Made by a program: the position numbers and the translations under genes. The notes beneath the pieces are model-generated. The model was not told the origin of the DNA and did not search any database. It saw nothing but the letters and a program-made list of their open reading frames with translations. A stretch of DNA of 64,000 nt from an uncultured Bifidobacteriaceae bacterium (GTDB lineage Bacteria > Bacteroidota > Bacteroidia > Cytophagales > UBA9547). This document shows positions 46,684 to 56,918 of the stretch, in pieces (position 1 is the first letter of the stretch; each line of letters begins with the position of its first letter). The stretch covers positions 6,668 through 70,667 of the forward strand of contig CAZMFZ010000001.1 in NCBI GenBank assembly GCA_964565665.1. Direction: 5' to 3'.

Positions 46684-47745
46684 TTAAAAATCAGTACTAG
46701 TATTGTATGTTTCAAACTTTTCAATCACTGCTTGAAAATCATGTGGCAATTGGGTGTCAAACTGCATCCTTTCTTTAGTAAACGGGTGAATAAAACCTAA
46801 AGTCTTGGCATGTAAAGCTTGACGCGGCATAAGTTTAAAACAATTTTCAACAAACTGTTTGAATTTTCCAGTTTGCTGTCCTCTCAATATTTTTGTTCCA
46901 CCATACGTTTCATCGCCAAAAAGCGGATGCCCCAAGTGCTTCATGTGAGCTCTTATTTGATGGGTTCGCCCCGTTTCCAAATTGCATTGTATTAGCGATA
47001 CATAATCATATGATTTGAGTAATTTGTAATGAGTAATGGCAATTTTTCCCTTTTCAGGGTCATCATATACGGCTGAAATTTTTCTATCTTGAAGGCTGCG
47101 ACCCAAATAAGTTTTGATCGTTCCTACAGGCTCTTTAGGCACACCCCAGACCAATGCATAATAGGTTCGTTCTATGGAATGGTCGAAAAATTGCTTGGCT
47201 AAAAAACTCATCGCAAATTCTGATTTGGCTACCACCAATAGGCCAGAAGTGTCCTTATCTATTCTATGTACCAAACCAGGTCTTACTTCTCCATTTCTAT
47301 GGGTAGGAAGGTTTTGAATGTGAAATACAAGTGCATTTACAAGTGTGCCTGTCCAATTGCCGTAAGCAGGATGCACTACCATACCCGGTTTTTTATTTAC
47401 TAGCAACAAATATTCATCCTCATAAACAATATCTAAAGCAATATTCTCAGCCAATATTTCTTCATTGCGAGGCGGATCGGGCAATACAATGGTGATTACA
47501 TCAAGCGGTTTTATTTTGTAGCTTGCTTTTACAGATTTTCCATTTATTTGAATTGTCTCGGCATCAATCGCATTCTGAATGCGATTTCTAGTAGCATTTG
47601 GCAACCTATCTACCAAAAATTTATCAACCCTGATTTGTGATTGTCCCTTATCAGCAATTATACGGTGATGCTCAAAAAGTGTGTCTTCCGTTGCTAAATC
47701 TACTTCTTCAATATCATCTGCCCTATTTTCTTCCATTTGCAGCAA
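46684..47745 (-). CDS. RluA-family 23S rRNA pseudouridine synthase (RluD-like)
   Basis: N-terminal S4 domain (RVDKFLVDRLPNATRNRIQNAI), the catalytic HRIDKDTSGLLVVAK, and GRTHQIRAHM. The start may be the ATG at 47736. Confidence 0.85.
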   Translation of the reverse strand: MLQMEENRADDIEEVDLATEDTLFEHHRIIADKGQSQIRVDKFLVDRLPNATRNRIQNAIDAETIQINGKSVKASYKIKPLDVITIVLPDPPRNEEILAENIALDIVYEDEYLLLVNKKPGMVVHPAYGNWTGTLVNALVFHIQNLPTHRNGEVRPGLVHRIDKDTSGLLVVAKSEFAMSFLAKQFFDHSIERTYYALVWGVPKEPVGTIKTYLGRSLQDRKISAVYDDPEKGKIAITHYKLLKSYDYVSLIQCNLETGRTHQIRAHMKHLGHPLFGDETYGGTKILRGQQTGKFKQFVENCFKLMPRQALHAKTLGFIHPFTKERMQFDTQLPHDFQAVIEKFETYNTSTDF

Positions 47746-47991
47746 AATTAGCAGATTTTAAACGTATTAAATTTGAATCATTTACTATACCTACAACAAA
47801 GATTTATTTAAACAGACAGCTAGAGCATTTACCAAAAATAAAAAATTAAGTTTTGCATTGAAAGGCAATTTTTCTAGTTTTGCACTCCTTTTTTGGGAAT
47901 ACTCTGATTAAACCATTTTTATTGGTTTTCAACGTCCGGCTTGAGTGTCAAGCTTAACATTTACAGACAAACATTTAATTATATTCTACTG

Positions 47992-49038
47992 ATGAAGTTA
48001 TCTGAATTCAGCTACACTTTGCCCTCCGAACTTATTGCTCAATATCCGACAGAAAACCGTGATGATTGCAGGCTGATGGTGGTAAATCGTGCTACAAAAA
48101 CAATTGAACACAAAACTTTCAAAGATGTATTGGGCTATTTTGATGAAGGTGATGTGATGGTGGTAAACGATTCTATGGTGTTTCCTGCTCGTTTGTATGG
48201 AAATAAAGAGAAAACAGGAGCGAAGATTGAGGTGTTTTTGCTGCGTCAATTGGGTAAAGAGGCTCATTTGTGGGATGTGTTGGTTGATCCAGCTAGAAAA
48301 ATAAGGGTAGGCAACAAACTTTATTTTGGCGAAGGTGAATTAGTAGCAGAAGTAATTGATAACACTACTTCTCGTGGTAGAACTATTCGATTTTTATTTG
48401 ATGGCACCTCAGAAGATTTCATGAAAGTAATAGATGAATTAGGTGAAACGCCTATTCCTAAATATATCAAGCGAAAAGTTGAGCCTGAGGACAGAGAGCG
48501 CTTTCAAACCATCTTTGCCAAAAAAATTGGTTCTGTAGCTGCTCCATCAGCAGGAATGCACTTTACAAAACAATTAGTAAAGCGTTTTGAACTGAAAGGT
48601 GTTAATATCGATACCATGACTTTGTATGTGGGTCTAGGCTCGTTTCGTGCCGTTGATGTGGAAGACCTCACCAAACATAAAATGGATTCAGAACATTTTA
48701 TTATTCCAGAGCATACTGTAGATAAAGTAAACATAGCCCTTGATGAGAAAAAACGTGTATGTGCTGTAGGTAGCACTGTATTGCGATCGATGGAATCGTC
48801 TGTATCTGCCAACAATAGGCTGAAGCCAAACGATATTTGGACTGATAAATTTATTTTTCCTCCCTTCGATTTTAAAATTTGCAATGCCTTCATCACAAAT
48901 TTCCACGCCCCAGATTCTACTTTGCTAATGATGGCAAGTGCTTTCGGTGGGTTTGAATTGATAAAAGAAGCTTACGATGTAGCAATAAAAGAAAATTATC
49001 GATTTCTCACGTATGGCGATGCAATGCTAATTATCTAA
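47992..49038 (+). CDS. queA: S-adenosylmethionine:tRNA ribosyltransferase-isomerase
   Basis: [19 protein letters not shown]...R.DCRLMVV..., [13 protein letters not shown], and [12 protein letters not shown]. The track ORF starts 17 codons earlier at a TTG. Confidence 0.92.
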   Translation: MKLSEFSYTLPSELIAQYPTENRDDCRLMVVNRATKTIEHKTFKDVLGYFDEGDVMVVNDSMVFPARLYGNKEKTGAKIEVFLLRQLGKEAHLWDVLVDPARKIRVGNKLYFGEGELVAEVIDNTTSRGRTIRFLFDGTSEDFMKVIDELGETPIPKYIKRKVEPEDRERFQTIFAKKIGSVAAPSAGMHFTKQLVKRFELKGVNIDTMTLYVGLGSFRAVDVEDLTKHKMDSEHFIIPEHTVDKVNIALDEKKRVCAVGSTVLRSMESSVSANNRLKPNDIWTDKFIFPPFDFKICNAFITNFHAPDSTLLMMASAFGGFELIKEAYDVAIKENYRFLTYGDAMLII

Positions 49039-49050
49039 TTGTCAAAAAAC

Positions 49051-49088
49051 AAAAAAAAATAGGCTTCGAAAACGAAGCCTATTTTTTT
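49051..49088. terminator. bidirectional intrinsic terminator between queA and the GH1 gene
   Basis: An A-run, then AATAGGCTTCG (49058-49068), loop AAAA, CGAAGCCTATT (49073-49083), then a T-run. Confidence 0.8.
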
Positions 49089-49126
49089 GTAAGTATCTAA
49101 AGATTTTTTCGGAAATCAATTAACAA

Positions 49127-50569
49127 CTATTTACCGAGAGAAAAACCATTTTTTATTCCCTTGGCGTACCAATAGCCACTTTTTTTGATAGTTCTTTTCA
49201 AAGTGTGAAAATCGGTATGCACCAATCCCAACCTGCTCCAATCGCCCCATTCGTAGCTATCCATCAAAGTCCATACGGTGTAGCCTTGCAGATTTACGCC
49301 ATCATCTATTGCTTTTTTACAAACTTTAATATGGGCAAATATGTATTCGATTCGTTTATTGTCAACTACTTCGCCATTGAAATCGACATTATCATGGTCG
49401 TCATTGTAGCCATTTTCAGTAATGATAATCGGTATGCGATGATAGCGTTTGTCCAAGTCTTTCAATATGGAATATAAACCTTCGGGCTCCATTCCGAAGT
49501 TTTTCGCTTTGCCATATTCTCTTTTTAATGTATTGGTTTCATAAGGCCACCAGCCATCGGGATTATATTTTACTTTATCTGTTTGGTAATAATTAAGCCC
49601 CAAATAATCTATCGGTGTGCTTATTATTTTCATGTCTCCTTCTTTTATTTCTGGCATTACTATGCCTTTTGATTTATACCAGTTCCAAATCATTTCCGGA
49701 TATTTACCAAGCAATATCGGGTCGGCAAACCAAGGATGATGCTTATCATTCAGCCTTTTGGCTGCATCTAAATCTTCTTGTTTTTCAGTTTCAGCAATAT
49801 TGTATGAGTAATCGAGTGTGATGCCTATTTTCCCTTTCAAATTCAATTCACGATATGCTTTTACCGCCATTCCATGTCCTAACAACAAATGATGTGTAGC
49901 AAGCAAAGCAGTAGAAATATCTTTTATTCCTGGTGGATGCGTGCCCACAAAGTAGCCCATAAATGCCACCACCCAAGGTTCGTTGTGTGTGCCCCAAAAG
50001 TCTACATCATTTCCAAAAGTTGAAAAACAAAATTTTGCATAATTGGAAAAATGCGTAGCCAATTCTCTATTTGCCCAGCCGCCTATATTTTGTAACTTCT
50101 GGGGTAAATCCCAGTGATTGAGTGTTACCACAGGTTTTACACCATGCTTTTTTGCCAAATCTAATATTTCCTTGTAGAAAGCAACACCTTTCAAATTAGC
50201 TTCACCAAATCCATCGGGAAATATTCTTGTCCAAGAAATGGAAAAACGATAGGAGTTTACATTTAGCCTTTTAAGCAACTCAATATCTTGTTTGTATAAG
50301 CGATAATGATCGCAGGCTACATCTCCAAGCACTTTTACGTTATCGGGAATATGACTCCATCTGTCCCAAATCGACTCTCCTTTTCCATCTGCATTCCAGC
50401 CACCTTCTATTTGATAGGCCGAAGTAGATACCCCAAAAAGAAAATCTTTGGGAAATTTTATACTCTCATCCGGGCCTGAGTTCACAGCCGCTTCAGATGG
50501 AATTCCTAATCCTACCGCCAAACTCGTTAATGAAGCATTTTTTAAAAAATCTCTTCTTGAATCCATCAA
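49127..50569 (-). CDS. GH1 beta-glucosidase with Tat-type signal
   Basis: MMDSRRDFLKNASLTSLAVGLG (twin-Arg), ...YRFSISWTRIFP, TLNHWDLPQ, the NEP acid/base, and the ITENG nucleophile. Confidence 0.88.
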   Translation of the reverse strand: MMDSRRDFLKNASLTSLAVGLGIPSEAAVNSGPDESIKFPKDFLFGVSTSAYQIEGGWNADGKGESIWDRWSHIPDNVKVLGDVACDHYRLYKQDIELLKRLNVNSYRFSISWTRIFPDGFGEANLKGVAFYKEILDLAKKHGVKPVVTLNHWDLPQKLQNIGGWANRELATHFSNYAKFCFSTFGNDVDFWGTHNEPWVVAFMGYFVGTHPPGIKDISTALLATHHLLLGHGMAVKAYRELNLKGKIGITLDYSYNIAETEKQEDLDAAKRLNDKHHPWFADPILLGKYPEMIWNWYKSKGIVMPEIKEGDMKIISTPIDYLGLNYYQTDKVKYNPDGWWPYETNTLKREYGKAKNFGMEPEGLYSILKDLDKRYHRIPIIITENGYNDDHDNVDFNGEVVDNKRIEYIFAHIKVCKKAIDDGVNLQGYTVWTLMDSYEWGDWSRLGLVHTDFHTLKRTIKKSGYWYAKGIKNGFSLGK

Positions 50570-50846
50570 ATAAAAATATTGAATTACAAAGAAAGAGTAT
50601 AACTTTTACTTTAACAACCTTAGGTTTGGGATTCAATTTTATTCGTAATTTTGAAAATTAATATGCCCTACTACTTAATATTTATATTTTATATAGTTTC
50701 AAATATTGGGTAGTGAAAATGCTATAGTATTGATATTGAGCACTTAATAATTCGTAGAAGATCTAATTTTATCAAATTTCCCTTATTTTACCAATAAATA
50801 AATCCAATTCACTTTATAGAATCGTTAGTATTTCAATGCTCAGCCT

Positions 50847-51398
50847 GTGAAGCTATATAAACTAAAATTAACAGAAGAGGAGCTGATAGAAAGGCTCAAA
50901 AACAGAGATAAAACTGCATTTTCGGCTTTGTATGATAGCTACTCCGATGCACTTTATGGCATTATTATGAAAATCGTGCGTACAGATCCGCCTGCTGAAG
51001 ATGTACTCCAGGAAGTGTTTGTGAAAATTTGGCACAAAATCGATAGCTACAGCCATGAAAAAGGCACTATTTTCACTTGGATGTTAAATATCTCTAGAAA
51101 CTCAGGAATAGATACATTACGCTCGGAAGGGTATAAAAAATCTGCGGCCTTTTATGATATTGATTAGAAAACTAGTGCTATTGATAAATTTCATAGTGAA
51201 AATTATAAAGTTGAGCATATTGGCATTAAAGAAATAGTGGAGAAATTAAAACCAGAACATAGAGTAATTATCGACCTAATATATTTCAACGGATATACCC
51301 AAGCTGAAGTGGCAGAGCAATTGAGTATGCCACTTGGTACAGTGAAAACCCGAGTAAAACTAGCAATGAATCATTTAAGAGAAAATTTTGCCGACTAA
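50847..51398 (+). pseudogene. ECF (sigma-70 family) sigma factor interrupted by one in-frame TAG
   Basis: Region 2 (...DVLQEVFVKIWHKIDSYSHEKGTIFTWMLNISRNSGIDTLR) ends ...AAFYDID*, with TAG at 51165-51167. The same frame continues KTSAIDKF...EHRVIIDLIYFNGYTQAEVAEQLSMPLGTVKTRVKLAMNHLRENFAD* (region 4). The total of 552 nt is a single frame with no other lesion. Confidence 0.7.
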
Positions 51399-51401
51399 CC
51401 A

Positions 51402-52190
51402 ATGGAAGCAACATCAATAATAGAATCTGGAATAGTGGAAAGTTATGTGCTTGGCGTGGCTACTGAAAACGAGATAAAAGAGGTGGAACTTTGGGCAATT
51501 AAATCGCCTCGAATTGCTAATTTATTGATGGAAAATAGAAAAGCTTTAGAAAAATATGCCTTGGCTTTTGAACTTCCATCACCAGCAAGCGTAAGAGATA
51601 AAATTTTTAATCAAATCAACATGGAAAAGCAAACTAAAGAGATTGAATTAACACCTATTTCTCCTATAAAAACTTGGTGGGTAGCAGCTTCGCTAGTAAT
51701 ATCAACTGCGAGTTTGCTAGGAAATGTATATTATGGGACTCAAACTGAAAAATTGAAAGGGCAGCTTTCGCAAATTAGTAAAACCAACAACAGATTAACT
51801 TATGAAAATCTGATAAATAAAGCCAATTACAGAAGTGCGGCAGAGCAACTTTCACTTTTGCATAAGCACGGAAGCAAAACTACTCATTTGGAAGGTTTAG
51901 AAATTTCCAAAGAATCGTCTGCTATGATTTATTGGAATTCTGAAACCAAGAATTTGTATTTATCAATAGACAATTTACCCAAAGCACCGAATGGTAAACA
52001 ATATCAATTGTGGGCTTTGGCGGATGGAATACCTGTAAATGCTGGTGTAATTGAGCCTAATGCTCAACAAAATTCATTGATAAAAATGAAACTAACAGAA
52101 AAAGCACAAGCATTTGCCATATCGCTTGAAAATACTGGCGGTGCCGCCTCTCCAACCAAGAATGCGATATTTGCAATGGGCAATATTTAG
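51402..52190 (+). CDS. anti-sigma factor (RskA-like C-terminal domain)
   Basis: It starts 3 nt after the sigma stop. It has an N-terminal zinc-less anti-sigma helix region, a central TM segment (WWVAASLVISTASLLGNVYY), and C-terminal ...KQYQLWALADGIPVNAGVIEP...AFAISLE..GG. Confidence 0.7.
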   Translation: MEATSIIESGIVESYVLGVATENEIKEVELWAIKSPRIANLLMENRKALEKYALAFELPSPASVRDKIFNQINMEKQTKEIELTPISPIKTWWVAASLVISTASLLGNVYYGTQTEKLKGQLSQISKTNNRLTYENLINKANYRSAAEQLSLLHKHGSKTTHLEGLEISKESSAMIYWNSETKNLYLSIDNLPKAPNGKQYQLWALADGIPVNAGVIEPNAQQNSLIKMKLTEKAQAFAISLENTGGAASPTKNAIFAMGNI

Positions 52191-52239
52191 AATGAAATTG
52201 AAAATTGCAGTTGGAATCTTTTTTCTTCAGGGAAAAAAG

Positions 52240-54159
52240 TCAAAACTTAAACCAAGCCTCCGTGAGATTGCCCATATTGTCGACTGCACCCAACAATAAA
52301 TTACCTTTAATAGGTGTGGTGGTATCTCTTAAGTCAGTATAAATTACGTTATACTTGGCTTCATAGTGCATTAATATAAATTTACCATTTAAATAGCCAT
52401 ACCAATGGTTTACACCCGAAAGATTGTCGCTCATTTTAAATAATAGGGTTTTGCCTAGAGATTTGAAATAAGTGATTCTAGGGGGAGTAGTATCGGTTCT
52501 AATGGCAAAATCTCCAAATATTTTAGTGCCAAACCGAATGTTATTCCCCATCCAAACACCGCCAGAAAATTTGCCCCTTTTCTTATGATCAAGATTGTAA
52601 ACAGCCGATTTAGCTTTATTTTCTACTTCAAAATCTGGCTTTAAAGTAATCGAAACAGAGGAAAAAAGCGGAATACTAGGACGTTGAATGGTGAAAATTT
52701 GATTTGCATAATTGATGTCGAGGAATACAGTATCGAAAACTGATTTTTTAGGAAACATGATATCAAGATTTGGGCTGGAATAATTGATCGCCAGATTTGA
52801 AGGGATTACCTCTTCAAATGTAAATTTTAATCTCTGTTTTCCGGCATACATCGAATCAGGAAGCCCCATTCGCATATCCCATAAATACACTTGTTCGTTG
52901 TTTTTTACATAAGAAGGATCAACTACTATTTTCTTGTTTCTAAAAAATAAATTTGCCGTATTCTCTTGATTTCCAAAGCATTCTATTTTCAATATATTCT
53001 CAAATTCATTATGTCTTAAATAAGGAATTACTTTCTTGGGCTTTGATTTGCCTTTGAAGGCTGCTGCTTTAGCAGTTTGATTTTTTGTGCCTTTGATTTT
53101 AAAATGGAGTGAGGTTGTGTTGCGATACGAATCTACTATTTTCACTGTTACATCATGCAAAAGTGTGTCGTTGATAAATACTTTACCGCTTTCTTTCTCT
53201 GCTTTATATGTTTTAAGTTCATTTCCGTCTGACACATAACAGCGTTGAAAAAAAGTTTTGTAGCGTTGTGCCATTTCATAGTCAATATGTGCATTTATGT
53301 AGGGGTTTTCCTCAAAACCAATGCGTTGAATATCGTGAGTAAATATTTTTTTATTGTCGAAATACATCTCTAATAAGCTAATGCCATATAAATTGGACGC
53401 ATCGTTCATTTTGTCGTATGTCACCATTTCCAAACCTATCCATCCCCAAACATGAATGGGGAAACGTAGCACATAATTATTGATTTCTTTTATAGGAATG
53501 AATTCCATTCTCCCAAACTCACCTTCTACCCTTGCCTCTTTTCCAAAAGTTTTTAAAGCAATTTTGTTGATTATAGGTTGCTCGGAATCAATTATTTCAG
53601 GGAAATTAAAAAATAAGGGATTAAGAAGTCTTTCATTTTCATCGCGAATTTCCCAATGCAAATGTGGTCCACCAGATGAGCCAGTATTGCCAGAATAAGC
53701 AATTACTTGCCCTTTTACAACTTCCAACTTGCCTTTTTGTAACAATAAATCAGTTTCATTGCACTGCTCTTTGTACAAAAACTCCTTAATAAATTGCCCA
53801 ATTTCACCATTGAACCACTCTAAATGCCCATACACGGTAGTCAAACCATTCGGATGCGAAATGTATAGTGTGTTCCCATAGCCCTTGTGATTAACAGCAA
53901 TTCTAGATACATATCCATCAGCCGAAGCATACACTGGCAATCCAGTTTTTTGGTCGGTTTTAATATCAAGTCCACCATGAAAATGATTGGTGCGTAACTC
54001 ACCCATATTTCCTGAGAGATAATTTCTCTGTTTTGGTTTGATAGGAAATTGAAAATAATCTTTCTGATAAACTGAATATTGTGCCTCAATGGCTTCAGAA
54101 ACCAAACAAAAAAAAATAATTACTGTTATTTTTAGAGAGATGAGCCTAAATCCTTGCAT
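52240..54159 (-). CDS. M23-family metallopeptidase with large C-terminal extension
   Basis: HFHGGLDIKT...PVYASADGYV...GYGNTLYISHPNGLTTVYGHL...GNTGSSGGPHLHWEIRD. The start is trimmed to MQGFRLISLKITVIIFFCLV (54159). Confidence 0.8.
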   Translation of the reverse strand: MQGFRLISLKITVIIFFCLVSEAIEAQYSVYQKDYFQFPIKPKQRNYLSGNMGELRTNHFHGGLDIKTDQKTGLPVYASADGYVSRIAVNHKGYGNTLYISHPNGLTTVYGHLEWFNGEIGQFIKEFLYKEQCNETDLLLQKGKLEVVKGQVIAYSGNTGSSGGPHLHWEIRDENERLLNPLFFNFPEIIDSEQPIINKIALKTFGKEARVEGEFGRMEFIPIKEINNYVLRFPIHVWGWIGLEMVTYDKMNDASNLYGISLLEMYFDNKKIFTHDIQRIGFEENPYINAHIDYEMAQRYKTFFQRCYVSDGNELKTYKAEKESGKVFINDTLLHDVTVKIVDSYRNTTSLHFKIKGTKNQTAKAAAFKGKSKPKKVIPYLRHNEFENILKIECFGNQENTANLFFRNKKIVVDPSYVKNNEQVYLWDMRMGLPDSMYAGKQRLKFTFEEVIPSNLAINYSSPNLDIMFPKKSVFDTVFLDINYANQIFTIQRPSIPLFSSVSITLKPDFEVENKAKSAVYNLDHKKRGKFSGGVWMGNNIRFGTKIFGDFAIRTDTTPPRITYFKSLGKTLLFKMSDNLSGVNHWYGYLNGKFILMHYEAKYNVIYTDLRDTTTPIKGNLLLGAVDNMGNLTEAWFKF

Positions 54160-54255
54160 TTGACGATAAAAATAGAAATAATTGCAGTGAGAGTTTTGTA
54201 AATTCGACACAGTTTATCCACAATATCAAAATTGTGGTAAGAATAAAACAGAAAA

Positions 54256-54528
54256 ATGGAAGCAGTATTGTCTAAAATTAAAAAAAATGCTCCTTTGGGA
54301 TTTAAAGAGTTTGAAACCTTTATGAAAAAGGATTTTGAGGGGCTTTTTGTTTTCCACCGACTCACAATTGAATCAATGCCTTATGAAATGCTATTAGGTT
54401 TTTTTATTGTATTTTTTGAGAGCAATGACATTGATTTTTCAATTGCAGACACCAATAAGGAGATTATTCTGCACACAATTGCTGAAACTTTTCAGGAGTT
54501 TGAAAAAGTGATAGGGCATTATAGTTAA
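54256..54528 (+). CDS. hypothetical protein
   Basis: 90-aa ORF with normal composition; no family recognised. Confidence 0.4.
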   Translation: MEAVLSKIKKNAPLGFKEFETFMKKDFEGLFVFHRLTIESMPYEMLLGFFIVFFESNDIDFSIADTNKEIILHTIAETFQEFEKVIGHYS

Positions 54529-54555
54529 GATTTATCCCTTTATTTCCCAAATACA

Positions 54556-55209
54556 TCACTCAAATCCTGAGTCAATTTTTTTATCTTTTTGCTCTTCAGT
54601 TTGCCCTTGTAAGTAATACACATAGCCAAGTGTAATAGAGGTTATTCTGTTGTTTTCCAGCGACTTAGGTACTACATTAGTAATCGAAAAAGCATACCTT
54701 CCCTCTAAAAACAATGCTCCAGGTCCGATAGGGTATGAAACACCCACACCAGCACAAAGCCCCAATTCCAAAAAGTTTGTTGAGAAATCTTTGGCGTAAT
54801 TGAGCGGCAATTCACCGGTAACTTTTCTTGAAAAATTCACTCCAATATATGGTCCTGCATTAAAAAAAAGTTTCAGTGGAATCTCTTCTTTGATTGATTT
54901 TGAGAATCGAAATAAGATGGGAATATCAATGGCACTAATTTCATTTTTACCACTGGCTCTGTTAGCACCTCCTTTTTGGCTAAATAAAATCTCTGCTACA
55001 AAAGATGTAGTACCGTTTGCTCCGAAATTCATTATACCCACAGCTCCCACATTGGCTCCAATAGCCGATTGCCCAACAGAAAAATTATCTGCAAAATAGG
55101 AGATATTTACTCCACCTTTGCCGCCAATACCAAAACTAGGTCTTGTACCCTGAGAAAATGACGTGAAAACTATTAAGATAATAAATACGAAGGCTACTAT
55201 TTTTTTCAT
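54556..55209 (-). CDS. outer-membrane beta-barrel (porin-family/OmpW-like) protein
   Basis: MKKIVAFVFIILIVFTSFSQ signal peptide, alternating amphipathic strands rich in G/A/S/F/Y, and a C-terminal ..TLGYVYYL. Trimming the start to 55209 removes the overlap with miaA. Confidence 0.6.
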   Translation of the reverse strand: MKKIVAFVFIILIVFTSFSQGTRPSFGIGGKGGVNISYFADNFSVGQSAIGANVGAVGIMNFGANGTTSFVAEILFSQKGGANRASGKNEISAIDIPILFRFSKSIKEEIPLKLFFNAGPYIGVNFSRKVTGELPLNYAKDFSTNFLELGLCAGVGVSYPIGPGALFLEGRYAFSITNVVPKSLENNRITSITLGYVYYLQGQTEEQKDKKIDSGFE

Positions 55210-55287
55210 GGATAAGATACAATTTAGCCTTTGAACGATATTTTTATAATTTTGGATTGATTGTAGTAGACTTTCATTAAAAACTGA

Positions 55288-56202
55288 ATGCAAAATAACA
55301 AAAAATACTTAGTAGTAGTATGTGGAGCAACGGCAGTGGGGAAAACGGCTTTGGCTATTCAATTGGCCAATGAGTACAATACTGAAATTGTTTCTGCCGA
55401 TTCCAGACAGTTTTTTGCAGAAATAAGTATTGGCACCGCCAAGCCTAGTAAAGAAGAAATGGCATTGGCAAAACATCATTTTATAGGCCATATTTCAATA
55501 GAAACAAATTTCAATGCAGGTAGATACGAAGTAGAGGGATTAGAGAAACTAAATCAATTATTTCTCAGATATAATGTAATTGTTTTGGTAGGTGGCTCAG
55601 GGCTTTATATCAATGCACTTTGCAATGGCATGGATGAAATACCAGAAATAATGTCTGATATTCGTTCTCAACTCAACAAAAAGTTTAAATTAGAAGGCAT
55701 CGAACCACTTTTACAGCAATTGAAAAGGCTAGATGAAGTTTATTACAATGAAGTAGATCAAAGTAATCATATTCGTATTATCAGGGCTTTGGAAGTTTGC
55801 CTATCTACTGGAAAACCATTTTCATCCTACAGAAAAAAAACAAGAAAAGAAAGGGACTTTGAAGTGATAAAAATAGGATTGAACTTAACGCGAGAAGTTT
55901 TATATAATAGAATAAATGAAAGGGTAGATGCCATGTTGGCCGCAGGATTAGTAGCAGAAGTACAATCATTAATACCTCAAAAGCATTTAAATGCGTTGCA
56001 TACCGTAGGCTACTCGGAATTGTTCGATTATTTTGACGGCCAAATTTCCTTTGAAATAGCAGTTGAATTAATAAAACAACACACCAGAAACTTTGCCAAA
56101 CGGCAATTGACATGGTTTAATAAAGACGCTGATATTCAATGGTTTGAACCCAATGATTATACATCAATTGCAGAATATTTAGCCTTAAAAATAAAGCCTT
56201 GA
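55288..56202 (+). CDS. miaA: tRNA dimethylallyltransferase
   Basis: The P-loop GATAVGKTALAIQLA, then IVSADSRQFF.E..IGTAKP, and GGSGLY. Confidence 0.9.
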   Translation: MQNNKKYLVVVCGATAVGKTALAIQLANEYNTEIVSADSRQFFAEISIGTAKPSKEEMALAKHHFIGHISIETNFNAGRYEVEGLEKLNQLFLRYNVIVLVGGSGLYINALCNGMDEIPEIMSDIRSQLNKKFKLEGIEPLLQQLKRLDEVYYNEVDQSNHIRIIRALEVCLSTGKPFSSYRKKTRKERDFEVIKIGLNLTREVLYNRINERVDAMLAAGLVAEVQSLIPQKHLNALHTVGYSELFDYFDGQISFEIAVELIKQHTRNFAKRQLTWFNKDADIQWFEPNDYTSIAEYLALKIKP

Positions 56203-56858
56203 TACATTTTCACACTGTCCCCAATTGGATAAAAAGATTTTTTAAAAGTTTCGTTTGGCATATATCTACGAAAGAGAAAATTATTTACCTCACTTTTGAT
56301 GATGGACCCATTCCTGGAGTAACAGAATTTGTAATTGATGAATTAGCCAAATACAATGCCAAAGCCAGTTTTTTCTGTGTGGGCGATAATATCTCGAAAA
56401 ACCCTGATGTGTTTATAAAGTTGGTAAGAGCTGGTCATGCCATCGGAAACCACACTTTCAATCATGTAAAAGGCTGGCAAATGAAGAATGAGGCCTATTT
56501 CGAAAACATTTCAAGATTTGAAAAAGAAATAGAAAATTTTAATTTAAAATTCAATCTAGCTAGTTTTCAGCATGACAATTTAAAATTATTTCGTCCGCCT
56601 TACGGGCGAATAAAACCCTCACAAGCCAAAGTATTGAGGCAAGATTATAAAATAATAATGTGGGATGTGCTCACCTGCGACTACGACAAACTATTATCGC
56701 CCGAATGTTGCCTTGCTAATGCTATCAAGTATACCAAACCAGGTTCTGTAGTACTATTTCACGATAGTCTAAAAGCAGAAAGGAACATGAAATTTACATT
56801 GCCTAAGTATTTGGAGCATTATGCAAACCTGGGTTATCAATTCGAAAGCTTGGCATAA
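56199..56858 (+). CDS. polysaccharide deacetylase (NodB/CE4) family protein
   Basis: IYLTFDDGP, GNHTFNH, and LFRPPYG motifs. Confidence 0.8.
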   Translation: MIHFHTVPNWIKRFFKSFVWHISTKEKIIYLTFDDGPIPGVTEFVIDELAKYNAKASFFCVGDNISKNPDVFIKLVRAGHAIGNHTFNHVKGWQMKNEAYFENISRFEKEIENFNLKFNLASFQHDNLKLFRPPYGRIKPSQAKVLRQDYKIIMWDVLTCDYDKLLSPECCLANAIKYTKPGSVVLFHDSLKAERNMKFTLPKYLEHYANLGYQFESLA

Positions 56859-56918
56859 TTTTAATAGAGTTTTGTTTGATTTTTACTATCATTATACCAA
56901 ACTCACTCTCACTGTACC

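Noticed and set aside
13002-51167. In-frame TAG codons as evidence of genetic-code reassignment or pyrrolysine-type recoding.
   Set aside because: TAG is the terminator of several intact, well-conserved-looking genes in the same window. Two of the four TAG-bearing genes also carry frameshifts. I kept this only as a low-interest statistical oddity.
54214-54222. A perfect DnaA-box 9-mer, TTATCCACA, just upstream of the M23 peptidase gene, as a replication-origin marker.
   Set aside because: It is a single isolated box in a short 45-bp intergenic gap, with no cluster of boxes and no A+T-rich unwinding element. A chance occurrence is the simplest reading.
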